Of a stretch of DNA of 60,640 nucleotides, positions 10,261-20,877 are shown one piece after another. The position numbers were made by a program, and so were the translations under genes. The notes beneath the pieces were generated by a model. It saw only the letters and a program-made list of their open reading frames with translations. It was not told the origin of the DNA and did not search any database. How positions within the stretch are numbered: the first letter of the stretch is position 1; every line of letters starts with the position of its first letter. The stretch spans positions 1-60,640 of the forward strand of contig CAZIVT010000003.1 of the NCBI GenBank assembly GCA_964543075.1, written 5' to 3'. This stretch comes from an uncultured Candidatus Saccharibacteria bacterium. GTDB lineage: Bacteria; Patescibacteriota; Minisyncoccia; Phycocordibacterales; PALSA-1337.

Positions 10261-10704
10261 ATGCTCATCGGGGAATACAGGCACACTATCGACGACAAGA
10301 ACCGCCTGTCGCTTCCAGCCAAGTTCCGCAAGGAAATGGGGAAGCGCGTGGTGGTGACTCCCGGTCTGGACTCCTGCCTCTTCATCTTTACGGTGAATGA
10401 GTGGGAAAGGATCTCGAGTCGCTTGTCGGTGTCTGAATCATCGATGTTGCAGGCGGACAATCGCGGCTTCAACCGCTATCTCTTGGGCAGGGCGGTTGAA
10501 GTCGAGGTTGACGCAGTGGGACGCATGCTCATCCCTGAACGCTTGCGCCACCGCGCCAACCTCGAAGCCTCGGTCGTGTTCGTCGGCGTGAAGGATCGCG
10601 TCGAATTGTGGAATGAAGTTGCTTGGGACACCTATGTTGGCGATGTCGAATCCCGTGCGGATGATCTCGCCGAAAAACTGGGAAGAACCGAGCAATCTGC
10701 ATAA
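10261..10704 (+). CDS. mraZ: Division/cell wall cluster transcriptional repressor MraZ
   Basis: MLIGEYRHTIDDKNRLSLPAKFR, VEVDAVGRMLIP. Confidence 0.97.
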   Translation: MLIGEYRHTIDDKNRLSLPAKFRKEMGKRVVVTPGLDSCLFIFTVNEWERISSRLSVSESSMLQADNRGFNRYLLGRAVEVEVDAVGRMLIPERLRHRANLEASVVFVGVKDRVELWNEVAWDTYVGDVESRADDLAEKLGRTEQSA

Positions 10705-10708
10705 GCCC

Positions 10709-11608
10709 ATGGAGAGCGTCCATACACCAGTTCTTTTACACGAAGTCGTCGAAGCGCTTTCAGCCGTCACTCCAAGGCCCAACCTCGGATATCTCGACGG
10801 GACGCTTGGCGGTGCAGGACATGCTCTGGCCATATGCCAGGCATTTCAGGGCAAGCTGACTGTCATCGGCCTCGATCGTGACCCTGAAGCGGTCAGGAGG
10901 GCTGCGGAGACGCTCAGAGGCAAGGCGGACAAGGTCATCGTCGAACAGGCCGACTTTCGAGGCTTGGATGAGGTCCTAGAGCGTCACAGCATCATCGGGA
11001 TAGACCTTTTCCTCATCGATCTCGGTATATCTTCTGATGAACTCGAGCGGTCCGGCAGGGGATTCACATTTCAGCACGACGAGCCGCTGTTCATGACCAT
11101 GGGGGAACCTGCTTCATATCCGTTCACCGCGCATACGATAGTCAACGAGTGGGACGAGGAAGTCATCGCCAACATCATTTTTGGATACGGAGAAGAGAGA
11201 TACGCCCGTCGCATCGCCCGATCTATCGTCGGATATCGTTCGAAAAAGCCGATCGAGACGTCCGGTGAGCTCGCAGAGATCATCAAATCAGCTGTGCCAC
11301 CCTACTATCGCAGGTCCAAGATACATCCAGCCACGAGGACATTCCAGGCCATACGTATCGCCGTCAACGATGAGCTCAATGCATTGCGCGAGGGTCTCGA
11401 CAAGGGGTACAAGGCGCTCAGGAAGGACGGTCGGATGGCAGTAATCTCATTCCATAGCCTCGAAGATCGCATCGTCAAAGATTTTTATAAGAAGAAGGCC
11501 CAGGAAGGGGCGACCATCGTCACCAAGAAACCCATCACAGCTTCCGAACAGGAGAAAGCAGAGAATCCTCGGTCACGAAGCGCGAAACTCCGCATTCTCC
11601 ACAAGTGA
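10709..11608 (+). CDS. rsmH: 16S rRNA m4C1402 methyltransferase
   Basis: HTPVLLHEV, DGTLGGAGH, DLGISS, IHPATRTFQAIRIAVNDEL, SFHSLEDRIVK. Confidence 0.97.
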   Translation: MESVHTPVLLHEVVEALSAVTPRPNLGYLDGTLGGAGHALAICQAFQGKLTVIGLDRDPEAVRRAAETLRGKADKVIVEQADFRGLDEVLERHSIIGIDLFLIDLGISSDELERSGRGFTFQHDEPLFMTMGEPASYPFTAHTIVNEWDEEVIANIIFGYGEERYARRIARSIVGYRSKKPIETSGELAEIIKSAVPPYYRRSKIHPATRTFQAIRIAVNDELNALREGLDKGYKALRKDGRMAVISFHSLEDRIVKDFYKKKAQEGATIVTKKPITASEQEKAENPRSRSAKLRILHK

Positions 11609-11637
11609 CAAACAAACCAATCATTTCAATTCACACA

Positions 11638-11967
11638 ATGACTAGAACTATCGCACAGACATATCATATCGTTCGTGACTATCGCAGGATCATCGCGCTT
11701 GCGCTGATCGCCGCATGTGTCGCATCCGCGATGTTCTATGCTTCGGGGATCTATAGCGCCATCTCGTATAGCATGGCTATCCGTGTAGTCAACCAGGATA
11801 TCAGCAAGGCCATGTCTGATATCCAAGATCTCGATGGACAATATGCGAAGCTCTCTGCTTCTATCACGCCTGATCTGCTCCAGGCGCATGGGTTCGAAGT
11901 GGGCGATGTCAGCGCATTCATATCGCGTAGCGCATCCCTGGGCTTGGTACATGGCAATGGATTCTAA
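11638..11967 (+). CDS. FtsL-position single-TM coiled-coil protein
   Basis: Basic N-terminus, one TM helix, coiled coil; lies between rsmH and the PBP gene. Confidence 0.65.
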   Translation: MTRTIAQTYHIVRDYRRIIALALIAACVASAMFYASGIYSAISYSMAIRVVNQDISKAMSDIQDLDGQYAKLSASITPDLLQAHGFEVGDVSAFISRSASLGLVHGNGF

Positions 11968-13666
11968 ACATGTCCTCAGGGCGCGCGTAGTGCTCTCGAT
12001 CATCATCCTCCTGGCGGCGGGGCTCGTCTCGACGCTCTATGATACTCAGATCTCTAGCGGCTCGGGCTATGTAGCAAAAGCAGATCGACAATATCTGCCT
12101 CCTCGCGCGACTTCGTTCGATCGAGGTCGCATCCTGATGTCGTCTCTCGACGGGACGCATCCTGCCGCCGCCGGTCTGACATCTACATATGAGATATCCA
12201 TGAATCCGAGCCGTCTGACCGATCCTACTGGCGCATATGATGCCCTCGCGCAGTATATCGACATCGATCAGGAGGACTTCATGCGTAAGGCGGCTCTCTC
12301 TGATGACCCCTACGAAGAGATCGCGCGTAAGGCAGACGAATCTACCGCCCAATCGATATCGGCTCTCGCGTTGCAGGGCATCGTGGTGACAGCAGAGAAC
12401 AAACGCTCATATCCGAGCGGTCTAGCTCCACATATCATTGGCATCGTCGGAGAGGGGGCATCTGGCAACATAGAGGGTAAGTACGGACTGGAGCGAGTCT
12501 ACGACCAGGTATTGGCGAGATCAGGGGGGTATGGCGGAAGCCGATCGGTATTTGCTGATATATTCACAGGCATATCGACTGACCATGCAGACTCATATGA
12601 TCAAGGAGATATCATCACATCCATCGAGCCGACAGTCCAAGCATATCTCGAGAGCGTGCTCGAGAAGACTTCTGATGTATGGCATCCAGACAATATCGGC
12701 GCCATCGTCATGGATCCTCGGACGGGCGCCATCATCGCCGCCGCGTCACTGCCATCATTCGACCCCAATGACCTCTCGGATCTCGATGATCCTGCGGTGC
12801 TATCCAATCTGCTCGTCGAGAGAGTCGATGAGATGGGTTCTATCTTGAAACCGTTGACTGTCGCGATCGGGCTGGATTCGGGTGCGGTCAGTCCGACGTG
12901 GACATATGAGGACAGAGGGACCATGACGCTCGATGGCCGCAAGATATCCAACTATGATGGTAAGGCGCGTGGACGAGTCGGTTTGCAGGAGATATTGAGC
13001 CAGTCTCTCAATATGGGCGCGGCGACAGTGGCGCTGGAGACGGGGAGAAGCGAATTTTCCAGATACTTCCTATCGTTCGGACTCGGAGAGAAGACGGGCA
13101 TCGATCAGCCCAACGAGGCAGCTGCTCTGGTCAGGAACCTAGAGTCGGGCCGTGATATCGAGATAGCCACTGCGTCATATGGGCAAGGCATCGCGATTTC
13201 ACCGATCGTCATGACTCGCGCGTTGGCTGTTCTAGCCAACGGAGGGATGCTGATCAAGCCTCACTTTGCTGAAGAGATCGATTATGTAGATGGGACCGTG
13301 GAGAAGATCGATCATGGCGCGCCTGAACGCGTGCTCAAAGCGGAAAGCGTGGAGTACGTGACGCGTATGCTCGTCAAGGTGGTGGATGAGGCCCTGCGCG
13401 GAGGCAACCTGAAGATCGAGGGATATAGCGTCGCCGCCAAGACGGGCACCGCGCAGATCCCCGATTCGGCCAATCGCGACTACTATGATGATCGCTATCT
13501 CCACTCGTTTTTCGGCTATTTCCCGGCATATGACGCCAAGTTCCTCATCTTCCTCTATCAAAAGTATCCCAAAGGCGCGCAGTACGCCTCGGAGACGCTG
13601 GCGGAACCTTTCCATGAATTGACCAAATTCCTCATCCGATACTACAATATTCCGCCGGACAGATGA
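11951..13666 (+). CDS. Class B penicillin-binding protein (FtsI/PBP2-like)
   Basis: N-terminal TM, DRGRI dimerisation domain, EMGSILKP (SxxK), SLN (SxN), KTGTAQ. Confidence 0.93.
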   Translation: MAMDSKHVLRARVVLSIIILLAAGLVSTLYDTQISSGSGYVAKADRQYLPPRATSFDRGRILMSSLDGTHPAAAGLTSTYEISMNPSRLTDPTGAYDALAQYIDIDQEDFMRKAALSDDPYEEIARKADESTAQSISALALQGIVVTAENKRSYPSGLAPHIIGIVGEGASGNIEGKYGLERVYDQVLARSGGYGGSRSVFADIFTGISTDHADSYDQGDIITSIEPTVQAYLESVLEKTSDVWHPDNIGAIVMDPRTGAIIAAASLPSFDPNDLSDLDDPAVLSNLLVERVDEMGSILKPLTVAIGLDSGAVSPTWTYEDRGTMTLDGRKISNYDGKARGRVGLQEILSQSLNMGAATVALETGRSEFSRYFLSFGLGEKTGIDQPNEAAALVRNLESGRDIEIATASYGQGIAISPIVMTRALAVLANGGMLIKPHFAEEIDYVDGTVEKIDHGAPERVLKAESVEYVTRMLVKVVDEALRGGNLKIEGYSVAAKTGTAQIPDSANRDYYDDRYLHSFFGYFPAYDAKFLIFLYQKYPKGAQYASETLAEPFHELTKFLIRYYNIPPDR

Positions 13667-13751
13667 AGATTTCCAGACCCTTCATTTTTTGCGGATTATG
13701 CGACATAATGGTGCCTACGTACTGAATTTCGGTGCATAGCGCCTCACTGAT

Positions 13752-15065
13752 ATGTTTTTCCTGAAACAACTCCTGATTGCCGTCCTCACTTTGGAATCTC
13801 GGCTTATCGTGGCGAAATACAAGCCATATATCGTGGCTGTGACTGGTAGCGTCGGCAAGACATCGACCAAGGATGCCATCTATGATGCACTCAAGAAGCA
13901 CGTCCCGTATGCGCGCAAGAGCGAGAAGAGTATGAATAGCGAGATCGGATTGCCGCTGACGGTGATCGGCGCTCCGACTGCGTGGCGGAGCTTCTCTGGT
14001 TGGATGAGCAATCTTCGCAAGGGGGCAGGTCTGATCCTGCGTCGACAAGAATATCCGGACACATTGATCCTAGAGATCGGCGCCGATCATCCAGGCGATA
14101 TCAGCTCGGTCGCGCGCTGGCTCCGTGCGGACATCGTTGTCGTCACTCAGGTGAGCGCCACGCCGGTGCATGTGGAGTTCTTCGCGTCTCCGGAGCAGGT
14201 CTTCGAGGAGAAGGCGAGCTTGGCAGGAGCGCTCAAGAAAGGTGGCACGCTCGTCCTCTCGGCTGACAATGACAAAGTGATGTCCATAGCGTCTCGTGTG
14301 GCTGACAAAGATGCTCGAGTCGTATCATTCGGTACTTCCGAAGGTGCTACTGTCAGGGGCTCGGGCGAACGCGTGATCTATGAAGGTGAGGGGACTTCGC
14401 GCATTCCTTCCGGGTGTGGATTCACCGTAACGGTCGAGGGTTCTGCTCATGAGATCGTTCTGTCCGGCATTGTCGGTATGCCGTACATGTTCCCGATATT
14501 GGCCGCTGTAGCCGTCGCGCGCGCCAAGGGAATCGCTCCGGACGTGGCTATCGGTGATCTTGCCTCCTATGCGGCTCCTCGAGGCCGCATGAATCTCATT
14601 CCCGGCGTGAATGGCTCGACGCTGATCGATGACACGTACAATTCATCGCCCGACGCCGCGCTGGCTGCGCTCCGAACCTTGCGAGATATCGAGATGCCAG
14701 GGTCTAGGATAGCGGTTCTCGGCGACATGCTGGAATTGGGCAAATACGCATCTGACGAGCATCGTCGTATCGGCACGGAAGTGGTCGCCCTGGGCATCGG
14801 CAAGCTCGTGACGGTCGGTCCGCGCTCGCGTCTGACCGCCCAGGCCGCCCGCGAGGCGGGTATGGATGCCGCCATGGTGACGTCATTCGACACATCTATC
14901 GAAGCTGGCGAACATCTGAAGTCGTCAGTCAAGGAAGGGGATGTTGTCTTGATCAAAGGCTCGCAGTCGATTCGCATGGAGAAGACGGTGGCGATCCTGA
15001 TGCGTGATCCGAGCAGAGCGGGGGAGCTTCTGGTCAGGCAGGAGCCGGAGTGGCTAAAAAAATGA
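13752..15065 (+). CDS. murF: UDP-MurNAc-tripeptide--D-Ala-D-Ala ligase
   Basis: VTGSVGKTSTK, DDTYNSSP, LGDMLELG, KGSQSIRME. Confidence 0.92.
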   Translation: MFFLKQLLIAVLTLESRLIVAKYKPYIVAVTGSVGKTSTKDAIYDALKKHVPYARKSEKSMNSEIGLPLTVIGAPTAWRSFSGWMSNLRKGAGLILRRQEYPDTLILEIGADHPGDISSVARWLRADIVVVTQVSATPVHVEFFASPEQVFEEKASLAGALKKGGTLVLSADNDKVMSIASRVADKDARVVSFGTSEGATVRGSGERVIYEGEGTSRIPSGCGFTVTVEGSAHEIVLSGIVGMPYMFPILAAVAVARAKGIAPDVAIGDLASYAAPRGRMNLIPGVNGSTLIDDTYNSSPDAALAALRTLRDIEMPGSRIAVLGDMLELGKYASDEHRRIGTEVVALGIGKLVTVGPRSRLTAQAAREAGMDAAMVTSFDTSIEAGEHLKSSVKEGDVVLIKGSQSIRMEKTVAILMRDPSRAGELLVRQEPEWLKK

Positions 15066-15079
15066 AAAGTTGGAATTTC

Positions 15080-15097
15080 ATCCCGCCTTGGCGGGAT
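15080..15097. repeat. REP-like palindrome, family 1
   Basis: ATCCCGCC-TT-GGCGGGAT, perfect stem. Confidence 0.85.
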
Positions 15098-15180
15098 AGA
15101 AAAGTGAGAAGCCGATCGGCCCCAGTGAGATTGAAAATTTCCAAAAATGTGTTATATTTCTCTGGTCGCGAATACACCCA

Positions 15181-15221
15181 GTTTTGACTTTCCCGCCTCG
15201 GCGGGATAAATTTGAGTTTTG
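15181..15221 (-). repeat. REP-like palindrome, family 1, inverted, in the tRNA-Glu leader
   Basis: Reverse complement CAAAACTCAAATTTATCCCGCC is identical over 22 nt to the valS copy. Confidence 0.85.
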
Positions 15222-15235
15222 CTTTCGCGAAGCGC

Positions 15236-15310
15236 GGCCCTTTCGTCTAGCCCGGTCTAGGACGGCGCCCTCTCACGGCGCAAACACGGGTTCAAATCCC
15301 GTAGGGGTCA
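15236..15310 (+). tRNA. tRNA-Glu(CTC)
   Basis: Anticodon arm GCGCC-CTCTCAC-GGCGC; ACGGG-TTCAAAT-CCCGT T-arm. Confidence 0.93.
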
Positions 15311-15385
15311 CATTCGTCCGCACATCACAAAAAACAAGGTCCATTGGCCGGAGGTATTTAATCCTGCTAGAATAGCGACCATCCT

Positions 15386-15949
15386 ATGAACACCTACATC
15401 GTGCTCCTCCGCGGCATAAACGTCGGCGGCAAGAACAAGATCCCGATGGCCGAATTGAGAGCGCGCATAGAGGAGCTCGGCTTCTCCCGTGTCTCGACAT
15501 ACATCGCGAGCGGTAATGTCATCCTGCGATCGGATGAGGATGCACGGACGATCCGAGCGCGGATCGAGGGGATGTTGCCCAAACGCTTCAAACTAGATAG
15601 CGATCTGGTCAAGGTCCTTGTGTTGAGCCGTGCCCAGCTCAAAAAAATCATAGAGAAAAAACCGGCCGGATTCGGCGAACAGCCGCAGAACTATCACAGC
15701 GACGTCATTTTCCTGATGGATATATCACCCGCACGAGCTATGGATGTATTCGATCCGAGAGAAGGGGTCGATACGATCTGGAAAGGATCGGGGGCTATAT
15801 ACTCGCAAAGATTGAGTGCTCAGCGCATCAAGAGCCGTCTCAACAGGGTCATGGGAACGCCTGAGTATCAGCAGATGACCATTCGTAACTGGAACACAGT
15901 TACCAAGCTTGTGCATCTAGCCGAGGATGCGACATTATCGCTAGGTTGA
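15386..15949 (+). CDS. DUF1697 family protein
   Basis: YIVLLRGINVGGKNKIPMAELR...YIASGNV...TIRNWNTV. Confidence 0.93.
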   Translation: MNTYIVLLRGINVGGKNKIPMAELRARIEELGFSRVSTYIASGNVILRSDEDARTIRARIEGMLPKRFKLDSDLVKVLVLSRAQLKKIIEKKPAGFGEQPQNYHSDVIFLMDISPARAMDVFDPREGVDTIWKGSGAIYSQRLSAQRIKSRLNRVMGTPEYQQMTIRNWNTVTKLVHLAEDATLSLG

Positions 15950-15992
15950 TTGCGCACATCTACGTTCTGTTTTGCTCGGAATGTTGGCGTGC

Positions 15993-16625
15993 TCACTTCA
16001 CCCCCACCATCAACTCATCAGAATCGAGAGTGACTGTCACAGGCTCGCCGCCCGAGATAGAGCCGCGACCGGCAGGCCTACCAAACATCTGCACGACGAA
16101 CGTCGTCGGATGTCCGTCATATACTCCCTCAGCGGTGGCGATGCCGATCTCGGTGAAGCCTGCGTTCATGATATTGGCACGGTGCGTCGGGGAAGCCATC
16201 CATGCGGCCTCGACGTCAGCTGAGTCGAAGAAATCTATAGCGAGATTCTCGCCCGCAGTCTCGAAGTCATATCCTGCTTGAGAGATCCAGTGCCATGGTG
16301 TGATGCCGTCAAGGCTGACATGAGAGAAATATCCCTTCGCCGCCATATCGTCCGCCTTGGCCTGAGCCGCCTGCGTGAGCAGAGGGTCGATACGCAGGAG
16401 CGACAGGGAGTGAGCGGATCGCTCGGCATTGGTCAGGTCGACTAGCGCACCAGAGAGGACTGCCGCGACGGAGTCTACACCGCGGATGGCGAGACGCGAG
16501 AGGGCAGGGGCACCGACGGCGAACGCGATAGCCACTGCCGCGAGGGCTACTGCGATCTCGTACATCAGCATCGGCTTGCGTCTCCTGGTAGATGGTCGCG
16601 TGCGCGGCTTGGAGATCTTCTTCAT
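15993..16625 (-). CDS. CAP/SCP domain membrane-anchored protein
   Basis: LTNAER, AAQAKADDMAAKGYFSH, AGENLA, WMASPTHRANI. Confidence 0.93.
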   Translation of the reverse strand: MKKISKPRTRPSTRRRKPMLMYEIAVALAAVAIAFAVGAPALSRLAIRGVDSVAAVLSGALVDLTNAERSAHSLSLLRIDPLLTQAAQAKADDMAAKGYFSHVSLDGITPWHWISQAGYDFETAGENLAIDFFDSADVEAAWMASPTHRANIMNAGFTEIGIATAEGVYDGHPTTFVVQMFGRPAGRGSISGGEPVTVTLDSDELMVGVK

Positions 16626-16632
16626 GCCTGCA

Positions 16633-18363
16633 TTATATCACAGGCTGGGGAAGATCGAGATTGGGGCAGACCATCGTGTTGATAGTCCAGAGCGTGGTCT
16701 CGCCGACGACGCCGGTGGGCTGGCCGTTGGTGATGAAGCCTTTTTGTATCCACGGATCGATGATGGTCTTGCGATACTTGAGCTGGAACTCCTTGAGCGC
16801 GCCGAGCGTGCGCGGTCCGAACTCGCCGGTCATAGGAAGGCTCGGATCGACGGTCTCCTTGAGCAGGGCCTGGAGCTTGATGACCTCGTCTTTGTCGTTG
16901 TCTTGGAGGGTGTCCAATCGGCCGGTGAGATACTTGCCACAGGAGATAGATGCGCCGAGCACACGGCCGCCGCCTGACGAGACGGAGACCGATCGAGAGA
17001 CTGCGCGACTGCCGGTGATGATACCAGGCTTATCATCGTCTGATGGTTGTTCAGGGCTCGGGGTAGGGTCAGAAGGAGGGGTTTCAGGATCTGGGTCCGG
17101 CTCTGGCTCAGGATCCGGATCAGGTTCAGAATCAGCGGCACTGACGCTGACTGTCCTCGTCGTGCTGGTCGAAGCACCGTCGGTATCCGTGACGGTGTAG
17201 GTGATCGTATATGTTCCGGCTGTGTTCGTATCGACACCGCCTATGGGTTCAGTGCTCGAAGCGACAGTCAAATCCTCAGCCGCATCTTCAGCGTCTGAGA
17301 CGGTCACACCCTCGTCGGTGAACACGTCGCCGACGGTGAGCTCGATCGTGCTCGATCCGATGAGAGAGATAGTGGGGGGCTGATTGGCCGGTTCGGAGAT
17401 GGTGACGGTACGCGTCGTCGAAGCGGAAAGGCCCGTAGCGTCTGTAGCCGAATATGTGATGATATAGGTGCCGGCCGTGTCAGCATCGAGCGGATCAGGG
17501 TCGGTAGACGAGGCGACATCCAGCGCGTTACCCTCGAAATCTTCGGCAACCGCGCCCTCGTCGGTGAACCCATCGCCGATGGTCAGATCTACGGTGCTCG
17601 AACCATTGAGAGTCACGGTCGGAGGGATCAGGGAGAAGATGTCGGCGATCTCATCGGCCGAGAGGGCATGGTCATAGATGCGGATATCATCCAATGATCC
17701 TTCGTAACCGACTTTGCCATACGGATTGTAGCCGAAATACATCGTCTCAATGGTACTGGCGGTATTCGCGTCAGCGCGAACCTCCTGGACGAGAAGGTCG
17801 CCATCAAAATATATAGATCCTGTAGTCGTATCAGCGTCCCAGGTCGCGGTTACGAGGTGCCATGCGCCGTCATTGAGCCCGGCGACCGTCGAAGGGGTGC
17901 AGATATAGCTGGATGCACCGACCCAGAGACCGAGCAGATTGCCTGACCCACAGCCCAATTCGGCGAAGCCGGGATTGATGATCAGGCCGAATCCGGCGTA
18001 CGGGGCATCGTCATATTGGAGGATGAGATCGCCACGATCATCGATGGCCGTCTTGATCCATGTGGAGAGGGTGAAGCCGGTCAGTTCCAGACGTGGTCCG
18101 GTCATGTGACTCCCGCCGGTGAGAGAAACGCCAGATCCGACGATACCTGACGAATCCCATGTGGCACCATCGATGAGCGCGGCATCATTACCCCCACCAG
18201 ATGAGTCGACCGCTGTCGTATCCGAGCCCTCATTGAGATTGAGGTGCAGGATAAGGCCGTTCTCGGCGGCTCGCGTGGGCAGGGCGAAGCAGACGATAGT
18301 GATGACGGATAATACTAACGATGCCGCGATAGAAGCGGCCCGTGATGCTTGGGCAGTGTTCAT
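16633..18363 (-). CDS. Secreted surface protein: LamG-like + 2 Ig-like (DUF5011-type) + Pro/Asp linker + peptidoglycan-binding-like domain
   Basis: Signal peptide; GSLDDIRIYDHALS; two PPTxxLxGSST...AGTYxITY repeats; (DP/EP)n; EVIKLQALL...GEFGPRT. Confidence 0.82.
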   Translation of the reverse strand: MNTAQASRAASIAASLVLSVITIVCFALPTRAAENGLILHLNLNEGSDTTAVDSSGGGNDAALIDGATWDSSGIVGSGVSLTGGSHMTGPRLELTGFTLSTWIKTAIDDRGDLILQYDDAPYAGFGLIINPGFAELGCGSGNLLGLWVGASSYICTPSTVAGLNDGAWHLVTATWDADTTTGSIYFDGDLLVQEVRADANTASTIETMYFGYNPYGKVGYEGSLDDIRIYDHALSADEIADIFSLIPPTVTLNGSSTVDLTIGDGFTDEGAVAEDFEGNALDVASSTDPDPLDADTAGTYIITYSATDATGLSASTTRTVTISEPANQPPTISLIGSSTIELTVGDVFTDEGVTVSDAEDAAEDLTVASSTEPIGGVDTNTAGTYTITYTVTDTDGASTSTTRTVSVSAADSEPDPDPEPEPDPDPETPPSDPTPSPEQPSDDDKPGIITGSRAVSRSVSVSSGGGRVLGASISCGKYLTGRLDTLQDNDKDEVIKLQALLKETVDPSLPMTGEFGPRTLGALKEFQLKYRKTIIDPWIQKGFITNGQPTGVVGETTLWTINTMVCPNLDLPQPVI

Positions 18364-18462
18364 GGACCTAAAGAGTTATTTTGTAAGCGAGTACTCAGGC
18401 ATTATACATAAATCTATTTTTTTGCTACAGTTAGCTGTGCATATCTTTCTAGGGAACCCGTC

Positions 18463-20877
18463 ATGAACCAGAAATTCCTCAAGCCGTACGACTCCCAAGC
18501 CACCGAAGGCCGCATCTATGAACTTTGGGAACAGAGCGGCTATTTCGATCCTGATCGACTACCTGAGCGCAATCAGCGGGGAGAGCCTTTTTCTGTCGTG
18601 CTGCCTCCACCCAATGTCACGGGTGTTCTCCATATGGGGTCCGCGCTGATGCTGGCTATCGAGGACATCATGGTCAGGTACGCGCGCATGCAGGGCAAGC
18701 GAGCCGTCTGGATACCCGGCACCGATCATGCCGCCATCGCCACGCAAGCGGTCGTGGAGAAGAAGATCCAGAAAGAGGAGGGCAAATCCCGTCACGATCT
18801 CGGTCGCGATGAGCTTTTGGGGCGCATCGGATCTCATGTCTCCGAGACTCACGATGTCATCGTCGCGCAGATGCGCGAGATGGGCGCTTCCATCGACTGG
18901 TCGCGCGAGGCGTTCACGCTCGATGAGGAGAGAAGCATGGCTGTCAGGACGGCGTTCAAGAAGATGTATGACGACGGACTCATATATCGTGGTCACAGAG
19001 TGGTCAATTGGGATCCCAAGAGTCAGACCACTATATCCGACGATGAGATCGTCTATGAGCCGCGCAAGGCCAAACTGTATACCTTTAAATATTCCAAAGA
19101 TATCCCGATCTCTATTTCCACTACTCGGCCGGAGACCAAGCTCGGCGACACGGCCATCGCCGTCCATCCCGACGATGAGCGGTATCAGGCCTATATCGGC
19201 AAAGAATTCTCGACGACGTTCGCCGGCGAGCCGATAACGCTCCGGGTGATCGCGGATAGGGATGTAGACAAGGAGTTCGGCACCGGCGCGCTCGGTGTGA
19301 CTCCGGCGCACTCGTCGATCGACTGGGAGATGGCACAGAGGCATGATCTGCCGCTCAAGCAGGTCATAGATGAATACGCGCGGATGACCGTCGGTTTCGA
19401 CGGCAAGGACGCTCCACATGCGATCAAAGGCGCGAAGACTGCCGAAGCCCGCGAGGCCGTCGTCGAGTGGTTGCGCGCCGAGGGATTGCTCGAAAAAGAG
19501 GAGGAGATCGATCAAAATGTCGCGACCGCTCAACGGAGCGGCGCCATCATCGAGCCCCTACCCAAACTGCAGTGGTTCGTAGCCGTCAATTCACAGTTCA
19601 CAATTCACAATTCCCAAATTCCAGGCATCGAATCGGGAAGCAAAACTACGCTCAAGGAGCTCATGAAGCAAGCGGTCTCCTCGGGAGCCATCGAGGTCAT
19701 CCCGGATCGTTTCGAAAAAGTGTACTTCAACTGGATAGATAATCTGCGCGATTGGTGCATCTCGCGCCAGATCTGGTACGGGCACAGGATACCGGTGTGG
19801 TATAGAGAAACTCAAAACTCAAATTTATCCCGCCTTGGCGGGATAGGCAAAACTCAAAAATCCGAAACCCCACTCGTCCGCCGTAGCTCAACCGAAGGGA
19901 GAAACGAAGGTAGAAATCCGAAATCCGAAACAGACGAAGAGATATTCGTCGGCTTGGAGGCGCCGGAAGGGGAAGGATGGGTGCAGGACGAAGACACGCT
20001 CGACACGTGGTTCTCCTCGGGACTGTGGACATTCTCGACGCTCGGATGGCCCCGCTTCGCCGACACGGCTACCCGAGGCAAGCCCGGCAAGGAGAATGAT
20101 CTGGCCAATTTCCATCCGACGACCATCCTCGAGACCGGCTCGGACATCCTCTTCTTCTGGGTGGCGCGCATGATCCTGATGAGCGGCTATCTGCTCGGCG
20201 ATGTGCCGTTCCGCACGGTCTATCTCCACGGCCTGGTCCGTGATACCAAGAACCGCAAGATCTCCAAATCGCTCGGCAACAATATCGATCCCGTAGACAT
20301 GATCGCCACATACGGCGCCGACGCGGTGCGCATGTCGCTCGTCGTCAGCGTCGGTCCCGGCAACGACAGCAAGGTCGACGAGCAGAAGATCAAAGCGTAT
20401 AAGCTCTTCTCTAACAAGCTCTGGAACGTCGCCCGATTCGTCATTTCGGCTGCCGAAGGCGAGCGGTACGATCGCGAGAAGGGGGAGACGGCTGTGAGCG
20501 CCGAGAAGATCGGCTTCGATCCTGATTTTCGCGGATGGCACGAAGCGGACAAGGCGCATTTGGAGAGGCTGAACCTCTTGATCGCGGAGATCACCGGAGA
20601 GATGGATGAATACAAATTCTATCTGGTAGGAGAGAAGCTCTATCACTATGCGTGGCATGAGCTGGCTGACGTCATCCTCGAGGAGAGCAAACCGATCATC
20701 GGTGGCGCAGATACAGCGGCTACCGCATCTCGCATCCAGTTCTTGCTTCACGCGCTCCATACGCTCCTGCGCGCGCTCCACCCGTTCATGCCCTACCTCA
20801 CCGAGGAGATCTGGTCGGAGTTCAGAACGGGCACGATGCTCATAGTCGAGGAGTGGCCTCACGCTTCGGCTGAGTGA
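18463..20877 (+). CDS. valS: Valine--tRNA ligase (no C-terminal coiled coil; in-frame repeat insertions)
   Basis: PPPNVTGVLHMG, DHAAIATQ, WCISRQIWYGHRIPVW, KISKSLGN. Confidence 0.97.
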   Translation: MNQKFLKPYDSQATEGRIYELWEQSGYFDPDRLPERNQRGEPFSVVLPPPNVTGVLHMGSALMLAIEDIMVRYARMQGKRAVWIPGTDHAAIATQAVVEKKIQKEEGKSRHDLGRDELLGRIGSHVSETHDVIVAQMREMGASIDWSREAFTLDEERSMAVRTAFKKMYDDGLIYRGHRVVNWDPKSQTTISDDEIVYEPRKAKLYTFKYSKDIPISISTTRPETKLGDTAIAVHPDDERYQAYIGKEFSTTFAGEPITLRVIADRDVDKEFGTGALGVTPAHSSIDWEMAQRHDLPLKQVIDEYARMTVGFDGKDAPHAIKGAKTAEAREAVVEWLRAEGLLEKEEEIDQNVATAQRSGAIIEPLPKLQWFVAVNSQFTIHNSQIPGIESGSKTTLKELMKQAVSSGAIEVIPDRFEKVYFNWIDNLRDWCISRQIWYGHRIPVWYRETQNSNLSRLGGIGKTQKSETPLVRRSSTEGRNEGRNPKSETDEEIFVGLEAPEGEGWVQDEDTLDTWFSSGLWTFSTLGWPRFADTATRGKPGKENDLANFHPTTILETGSDILFFWVARMILMSGYLLGDVPFRTVYLHGLVRDTKNRKISKSLGNNIDPVDMIATYGADAVRMSLVVSVGPGNDSKVDEQKIKAYKLFSNKLWNVARFVISAAEGERYDREKGETAVSAEKIGFDPDFRGWHEADKAHLERLNLLIAEITGEMDEYKFYLVGEKLYHYAWHELADVILEESKPIIGGADTAATASRIQFLLHALHTLLRALHPFMPYLTEEIWSEFRTGTMLIVEEWPHASAE

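Noticed and set aside
13695-13709. dif/Xer site (ATTATGCGACATAAT)
   Set aside because: Only one half-site-like palindrome, without the 11-6-11 XerC/XerD layout; could be a transcription factor site.
6824-15310. Prophage or island integrated at a tRNA
   Set aside because: No duplicated tRNA 3' end and no integrase in the window.
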